DNA of 64,000 nucleotides from an uncultured archaeon (GTDB lineage Archaea; Iainarchaeota; Iainarchaeia; Iainarchaeales; 1-14-0-10-31-34): NCBI GenBank assembly GCA_964608675.1, contig CAZSOZ010000001.1, positions 300,049 to 364,048 of the forward strand, read 5' to 3'. Shown piece by piece: positions 58,694 to 64,000 of this stretch (position 1 is its first letter; each line of letters starts with the position of its first letter). The notes under the pieces were generated by a model. It saw only the letters and a program-made list of their open reading frames with translations, ran no database searches and was not told where the DNA came from. The position numbers and the translations under genes were made by a program.

Positions 58694-58978
58694 TTATTGG
58701 TTGTTTTTTTTGCAGCAGAATTCGTTTTCCGGACAAAAGAAATCTTTTTCTATGTACCCTTTTTCGCAGGGGGTTTCAGAGCATGTTCCTCCTTCTGTTA
58801 TGCAGTTTCCTTTTATTGAGGAATCTATTGCGTGTCCTACAGGGTTCCCTAAACCAAAATTAACCATAAACCCAAGCATTAAAACTATTAAAATAAATGT
58901 CGTGTATTTTTTTATTGATTTTTTTTCTATTTCTTGTTTTAATTTGTTTAAATACTTCGTTTCTGTTTCAGAATCCAT
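58694..58978 (-). CDS. Small membrane protein with C-terminal six-Cys (beta-defensin-like spacing) domain
   Basis: TM followed by C-x6-C-x4-C-x10-C-x5-CC. Confidence 0.7.
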   Translation of the reverse strand: MDSETETKYLNKLKQEIEKKSIKKYTTFILIVLMLGFMVNFGLGNPVGHAIDSSIKGNCITEGGTCSETPCEKGYIEKDFFCPENEFCCKKNNQ

Positions 58979-58995
58979 GCTATCATTTTGTTTTT

Positions 58996-59733
58996 TTATT
59001 TATTTAAATTTTTCCTTTTTTTTTCCCAGTCTGTTTTAAATTGGTTTTCAAGTGCTGAAATAAGCGTTTTGTTTTTGAGTACAGCAAAATGATATCTTTG
59101 TTTTTTTTCTTTAAAGTTATCTAATCCTAAAACAATTTTGCTTTTATCTATTATAAAGGCATTAAGTGTGTGAGGCGAATTCACTGCAGAAATCTTTTTG
59201 CTGAATATTTTTTCTGTTTCTTTTGAATTTGAAATTAATTTTACTTCAATATTTTTTGCCACTGCTTTTTCGAGTGCTTCATCCAGAAATCTTTTTTCTT
59301 TTATTTCAGTAAAACCTAACACGCTTTTTTTTGCTTTAAGAATTTCTTGTGAAAGGATTTTATGAAAGTCTTCTGGATTTTTTACTCTGTGTACGAATTC
59401 TTTTGTTTCCTGTTCAAATCCAATTGTTTTCATTAAATTTAGTGCGTTTTTTTCCATTTTTTGGAATTCTTTTTTTTTGTTTTCAATTAGTTTTTCAATT
59501 ATTTTTTTTGGTTCAATTGCATGAAATTTTTTTGGTCTTCCTTCCATTCCAACAACAAGATTTTTTTTTTCCAGTTTTTCTAAAACATCATAAACTCTTG
59601 TTTTTGGTATGTCTGCATTTCTGCTGATTTCAGGCACTTCAAAAGCATTTTGTTCAATCATTGACAGGATTGCTTTTGATTCGTATTCAGTCAGGCCTAA
59701 AGAATTAAGTTTGCTGATTTTTTCTGCATTCAT
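58996..59733 (-). CDS. TrmB family transcriptional regulator
   Basis: LGLTEYESKA, IPKTRVYDVL..L..K.LV, GRPKKF.A..P. Confidence 0.9.
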   Translation of the reverse strand: MNAEKISKLNSLGLTEYESKAILSMIEQNAFEVPEISRNADIPKTRVYDVLEKLEKKNLVVGMEGRPKKFHAIEPKKIIEKLIENKKKEFQKMEKNALNLMKTIGFEQETKEFVHRVKNPEDFHKILSQEILKAKKSVLGFTEIKEKRFLDEALEKAVAKNIEVKLISNSKETEKIFSKKISAVNSPHTLNAFIIDKSKIVLGLDNFKEKKQRYHFAVLKNKTLISALENQFKTDWEKKRKNLNK

Positions 59734-59784
59734 TTAATCAATTGATTAATTGAACAAACCATTATATAAATTTACTCTTTACAG

Positions 59785-60822
59785 TTAATTGATTAGTTTT
59801 TTTTCCCATTTGAGCAAATCTTTTTGCAAAACAAATTTTTTTTCTTTTAATTCCTTGATATTTTTTGCTCCTGTTAAAAACATAGAAATCTTTATTTCTT
59901 CTTCAATTGATGAAAGCAATTTTTCTGTTTCTTTTTTTCCTTTTTGTGCTTTAATTAATGCAGGCCATGCAATTCCTGCTAAATCCGCGCCTAAAACAAT
60001 ACTTTTAACTGCGTCTAATCCGTTTCTTATCCCGCCTGAACCAATTATTTTTTTCTTTGAAGCTTTTTTTACGGCCATAATTGATGCTGCTGTAGGAATC
60101 CCGAATTCAGAAAAAACTTTTCCAAGACTCTTTTTTTTATGCAGAATTGAATCAATTTTAACAAAAGATGTTCCTCCTCTTCCTGCAACATCTATTGCTT
60201 TGATTTCAGTTTTATTCAGTTTTTCTGCTGTTTGAAAAGAAATTCCGTTTCCGACTTCTTTTATTATCACAGGAAAACTGCTTTGTTCAGCAAATTTTTT
60301 GATGTTTGAAAAAATTTTTGAGAATCCTTTTGTTTTAGTGTTTTGCATTAATTCCTGTGCTTGGTTTAAATGAACTGAAACTGCATCAGCTTGAATTTCT
60401 TCGGCAAAAGAATCAATTTTTTTAGCGGAATATTTTTCCAGTTCCAATGAACCAATGTTTGCTTCCAGAAAAATGCTTGGACAGTATTTCCTTAATTTAA
60501 AGTATTTCTTTTTTGATTTGTTTTCCAGTCCTGCACGCATTGAACCCAAAGCAAAACCAATTCCTTTTTTTTCGCATGCAGATGCAATTTTTTTGTTTAA
60601 TTCAAAAGATTTTTTTGTTCCTCCTGTAATCGGTCTTACTGATAAAGGAAAAGAAAATTTTTTTTTCAGAAAACTTGTATTTGTTTGTATTTCGTTTAGT
60701 TCGTAGTCTAAAAGAGGGTTGTATATAAGTTCAATTTGTTCAAACAAATTTGTTTTTTTAAACTGGCTTTCTTTTTTTATTGCGGTTTTTATATGCTCAT
60801 TTTTTCTTTTTTCTGTTTTCAT
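59785..60822 (-). CDS. fni: Type 2 (FMN-dependent) isopentenyl-diphosphate isomerase
   Basis: RK.EHI, TGG, GS.R, HLN..QE, KEVGNG, GRGGTS, SGGIRNG.D..K. Confidence 0.93.
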   Translation of the reverse strand: MKTEKRKNEHIKTAIKKESQFKKTNLFEQIELIYNPLLDYELNEIQTNTSFLKKKFSFPLSVRPITGGTKKSFELNKKIASACEKKGIGFALGSMRAGLENKSKKKYFKLRKYCPSIFLEANIGSLELEKYSAKKIDSFAEEIQADAVSVHLNQAQELMQNTKTKGFSKIFSNIKKFAEQSSFPVIIKEVGNGISFQTAEKLNKTEIKAIDVAGRGGTSFVKIDSILHKKKSLGKVFSEFGIPTAASIMAVKKASKKKIIGSGGIRNGLDAVKSIVLGADLAGIAWPALIKAQKGKKETEKLLSSIEEEIKISMFLTGAKNIKELKEKKFVLQKDLLKWEKKLIN

Positions 60823-60908
60823 TTTAAATCTAAATATTTCTAGTTCATTATGCTATTAAATTGTTTTTATTTTTTTTATGAATTTTGTGGTTTTAAGCGG
60901 TTTTTTTT

Positions 60909-61718
60909 TCATTTGAAAAATCCTATTCCTGCATATGCCACAACACTTGAATTGTCTCCTGTTTTGTCTCCGGAATTTGAATAATTTATTAGTTCAGCTT
61001 TTTTTATTCCTTTCTTTTTGCAGTATTGCATTAAAACTTCTATTGGTGAATGCCCGCAAATGCTCAGTCTTTCTTTTTTAACTAATTCATGGAATCCTTT
61101 CACGTCCATTTTTTTTATCAGCTCTATCGCCTTAAAATCTTTTTCTTTTGCTTGTTCTGCTGAAAGAAAATGAGTGAAATCGCTTGAAGCAATTGCAGAA
61201 AATTTTTTGTTTAACTTTTTTTCGGTTTCAATTAATGTTTCAGCCAGTTTTTTCAAATTTTTTGGGTTTTCTGTCATTAAAGCAATAGGCAAAATTTTAA
61301 AGTCTTTAAATAAGTACTGCAGGAAAATCAATTGAATTTCAATTGAATGCTCTTGTAAATGTGCTAATTCATCTTTTTTTGCTTTTGAATTTAATTCAGT
61401 TATTTTTTCAACTGCTTTTTTGTCTACTTCAATTTCTCCTAAGGGAGTTTCCCATTTTCCTTCAGGATACACAGAAATTTCTTCTCCATATCCTGTGTGG
61501 TTTGGGCAAAGAATCACAATTGTTTCTGGCTTTTCCATTAAAGAATAAGAGTATGCTGCAGTTTGTCCTGAATAAATTGTTCCTGCGTGTGGACACACAA
61601 GATAATTAGTTTTTTGTTTTAAGCTTTTTGTTTTTGAAAAAAATTTTTTTAATTGATTTAAAATTTCTTCTTTTGTTTTTGGATAAAAAGTTCCTTTTAG
61701 TATTGCTTCTCTTTTCAT
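60909..61718 (-). CDS. MEMO1 family protein (AmmeMemoRadiSam protein B)
   Basis: GTFYP, PHAG..YSG, PNHTG, EHSIE.Q, ASSDFTH, ICG, VVAYA. Confidence 0.92.
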   Translation of the reverse strand: MKREAILKGTFYPKTKEEILNQLKKFFSKTKSLKQKTNYLVCPHAGTIYSGQTAAYSYSLMEKPETIVILCPNHTGYGEEISVYPEGKWETPLGEIEVDKKAVEKITELNSKAKKDELAHLQEHSIEIQLIFLQYLFKDFKILPIALMTENPKNLKKLAETLIETEKKLNKKFSAIASSDFTHFLSAEQAKEKDFKAIELIKKMDVKGFHELVKKERLSICGHSPIEVLMQYCKKKGIKKAELINYSNSGDKTGDNSSVVAYAGIGFFK

Positions 61719-61763
61719 GTAATAACTTTTTTTTATTAAATCTTTTTTAAAATCTTGTTATTT

Positions 61764-62441
61764 TTATCTTCTTCTTTTAGAAGAACTTTTTCCTCTTCTT
61801 TTGGCTTCTGCTATTCTTTTTTCTTTCATTAATTCTTCTTTTCCTTCTTTTATTTTGTATTCAAATTCTTCAGCTTTTTTTGTGAAATCTTTTTCGCTTT
61901 TTATTTCTTTTCTTTCTGTAAGAATTTTTTTTGCAAGCATCCAATAAATTAAAGCAAGGCTTTTTCTTCCTTTGTTGTTTACAGGAATAATTAAATCTAT
62001 GTTTTTTATTGAGTTGTTTGTTGAAGCCAGAGACACTATTGGAATTTTAAGTTTTTTTGCTTCTTTTACTGCCTGAAAATCTGAATCTGGTTCGGTTGTA
62101 ATCAGCAAATCTAATTCAATAAATTTTTTTCCTTCTGGATTTGTAAAGCTTCCGGGAACAAACCTTCCGCTTATTGCTTTTGCACCTGTTGCTTTAGCAA
62201 ATTCTTTTATAGGGGTTTTTCCGTATAATTTTCTTGAAACTACAACGATTTTATTTTTGTCGTATTTTGCAATAAATTTTGCTGCAATATCTATTCTTTC
62301 ATCTAAAGTCTGAATATCCATTACTTTTAATCCGTCTTCTCTTCTTTTGTAAATGTATTTCTTCATTCCGCCTGTTTTGTATTTGGTGCCAATATGGGCG
62401 CCTGTTTTAAGGTATTTTTCTGTTTCAGTTCCTTCACTCAT
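61764..62441 (-). CDS. rps2: 30S ribosomal protein S2
   Basis: YLKTGAHIGT, R.DG, GRFVPGSFTNP, IPVNNKGRKSLAL. Confidence 0.97.
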   Translation of the reverse strand: MSEGTETEKYLKTGAHIGTKYKTGGMKKYIYKRREDGLKVMDIQTLDERIDIAAKFIAKYDKNKIVVVSRKLYGKTPIKEFAKATGAKAISGRFVPGSFTNPEGKKFIELDLLITTEPDSDFQAVKEAKKLKIPIVSLASTNNSIKNIDLIIPVNNKGRKSLALIYWMLAKKILTERKEIKSEKDFTKKAEEFEYKIKEGKEELMKEKRIAEAKRRGKSSSKRRR

Positions 62442-62451
62442 TTTTTATCCC

Positions 62452-62646
62452 TCATCTGCTGTATTTTATTATGTCATCAATTAAATTAACATGACTTAAC
62501 AGCATTCTTCTGCAGCAATATCTGTCTATTCCTAATTCGTCTAATAGTGTTTCTGCTTTTTCTCCTTTTGAAACTCTTTTTGCAAATTCTTCATAGTATT
62601 CTCCCACGACTTTTCCGCAGGAAAAACATCTTATAGGAATCATCAT
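62452..62646 (-). CDS. rpoN: RNA polymerase subunit N (Rpo10)
   Basis: [22 protein letters not shown]. Confidence 0.97.
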   Translation of the reverse strand: MMIPIRCFSCGKVVGEYYEEFAKRVSKGEKAETLLDELGIDRYCCRRMLLSHVNLIDDIIKYSR

Positions 62647-62654
62647 TTTTTATT

Positions 62655-63242
62655 TCACCTCTTTGAACTCTGTTTCTTTTTTCTTGCTTTTTTTCCCAAA
62701 GGCTTTTTTGGTTCAACTCTTCTGTGGTCATCCACTAACAATAATCTGTCATAATTAATGAATTTTTCTTTTAGTTTTTTGTCATTTGTATATTCAATTA
62801 TTGCTTTTCCTATTGCGCCTCTTGCCGCAATAGCTTGGCCCATAAACCCTCCTCCTATTACATTAACTTTTATGTCTGTTTCTTTTATTGCATCTCCTGC
62901 CAGTTTTATGGGTTCAAAAATCATTTCTTTTAAGTATTCTGGTTCAATTATTTTCGGATTTTTTTGATTTATTGTAATTTTTCCTTTTCCTGTTTTTATT
63001 ACTGCTCTTGCAACAGCATTTTTTTTCTTTGCTTTAACCATTATCCCGTATTTTTTGCTTTTTTTTGTTTTCTTTTTTTTTCTTTTAGTTTCTTTGTTTT
63101 CTTGCGGTTCTTTTTTTGTTTCTTTTTGTTTTTCTGTTTTTTCTTTTTCTTCTGGTTTTGTTTCTGTTTCTTTGTTTTTTTCTGTTTTTTTTGTTTGTTC
63201 TTCTTTTTTTTCAGTTTTTTCTTTTGCCACAAATATCACCAT
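62655..63242 (-). CDS. rps9: 30S ribosomal protein S9 with long K/E-rich N-terminal extension
   Basis: KKNAVARA, GGGFMGQA, YDR.LLV.D.RR.EPKK, QSSKR. Confidence 0.95.
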   Translation of the reverse strand: MVIFVAKEKTEKKEEQTKKTEKNKETETKPEEKEKTEKQKETKKEPQENKETKRKKKKTKKSKKYGIMVKAKKKNAVARAVIKTGKGKITINQKNPKIIEPEYLKEMIFEPIKLAGDAIKETDIKVNVIGGGFMGQAIAARGAIGKAIIEYTNDKKLKEKFINYDRLLLVDDHRRVEPKKPLGKKARKKKQSSKR

Positions 63243-63655
63243 TTTGCTCCAAGCAGTCTGCTTATTTTTCCTAATTTTACTGTGCTTTCATTTGTATTTG
63301 TTTCTGCTTCTTTTATTGAAACAAATTCTTCTTTTTTTAGTTGTTCGGGTTCTCCGATATAAACTTTTAGCCTTTTTTCTGCTTCTTTTCCTCTTTTTGT
63401 TTTTTTTGGGAGCATTCCTGTTATTGCTTTTTTCATTAAAGCATCAGGTCTTTTAGGGTATTTTGGACCGTAATTTGGATTTGATTTTACTGAAGCACTT
63501 ATTTTTTTGTTGTATCTTTTTAGTATGAATTCTTTTTTTCCTGTAATTAACGCTTCTTCTGCATTCACTATTTTTATTGTTTCTCCTTTAAGCAATAACT
63601 CGCTTACTTTTGATGCAGTTCTTCCTAAAGTCAGATTTTTTGCGTTTATTATCAT
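63236..63655 (-). CDS. rpl13: 50S ribosomal protein L13
   Basis: LGRTAS, IVNAE, GPKYPKRPD, GMLP, VYIGEP. Confidence 0.95.
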   Translation of the reverse strand: MIINAKNLTLGRTASKVSELLLKGETIKIVNAEEALITGKKEFILKRYNKKISASVKSNPNYGPKYPKRPDALMKKAITGMLPKKTKRGKEAEKRLKVYIGEPEQLKKEEFVSIKEAETNTNESTVKLGKISRLLGAKW

Positions 63656-63668
63656 TTTTTTTTCACCG

Positions 63669-64000
63669 TTATTTAATTATTATTGTTTCAGAAGGCTTCA
63701 ATTTTACTGCTTCTTCAAAAGAGAATATTTTTCCTTTTTTTTCATTTATTTTTTGTTTTGCTTTTTCTGAAAATTCCAAAGCAATTACATTTACTGATTT
63801 ATTTATTTCTCCTTTGCCTAAAACTTTTCCCGGCACAATAAATGTTTTGTTTTGAAATTTGTTTGATAATTTTTCTAGTTTCCATAAATTTATGCTGATT
63901 CTTTTTCTTCTTGAGGAATTTAATCTGTCAGCTAAATCTTTCCATATTTTTTTGTTTTTTCCTTCTTTTTTCAGCAAGGAAATTATTTTTTTTGTTTTTT
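63669..64000 (-). CDS. rpl18e: 50S ribosomal protein L18e, 5'-truncated by the window edge
   Basis: IW..LA..L....R....NL, VPGKVLG.G, FS..A..KI; frame open to the window end. Confidence 0.92.
   Translation of the reverse strand, partial: KTKKIISLLKKEGKNKKIWKDLADRLNSSRRKRISINLWKLEKLSNKFQNKTFIVPGKVLGKGEINKSVNVIALEFSEKAKQKINEKKGKIFSFEEAVKLKPSETIIIK

Noticed and set aside
1-64000. Genome-wide stop codon reassignment
   Set aside because: TGA, TAA and TAG all terminate conserved genes at expected positions (e.g. secF TGA, rps15 TAG)

Overview
AT-rich archaeal chromosome segment. The gene set and gene style suggest a DPANN archaeon, possibly Diapherotrites/Iainarchaeota (inference). Most of the window is core housekeeping: NAC, Hel308, Cdc6/Orc1, SepF, PolD DP1/DP2, SecDF, an archaeosortase, CarS, SppA, KEOPS/t6A genes (Bud32, Kae1, Sua5), grpE-dnaK-dnaJ, a long L7Ae-to-S27ae translation/transcription operon, GluRS, IDI-2 and the L18e-L13-S9-RpoN-S2 operon. 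The standout accessory feature is a complete 5,419-bp cargo-carrying IS5-family (IS903-like) transposon at 32700-38118. It has 18-bp terminal inverted repeats, a perfect 9-bp target duplication (GGTTTTCGG) and subterminal repeats. It also carries an AbrB-like + wHTH regulator pair with three CGTACG palindromes in the transposase promoter, a lipoprotein, and a coupled two-gene PD-(D/E)XK nuclease module that is a candidate undescribed defence system. Other notable items: an ~80-nt GC-rich switch-like RNA structure before rpl24e; a k-turn in the L7Ae leader; a three-gene surface-protein operon (two Gly/Cys-rich proteins plus a ~2040-aa giant); tryptophanase; and several small genes missing from the ORF track (SWIB-like, LysW-like, a Pcc1-slot mini-ORF, a grpE-dnaK mini-ORF, and a membrane peptide ending TGA-xx-TGA). 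No rRNA, tRNA or CRISPR array was seen.
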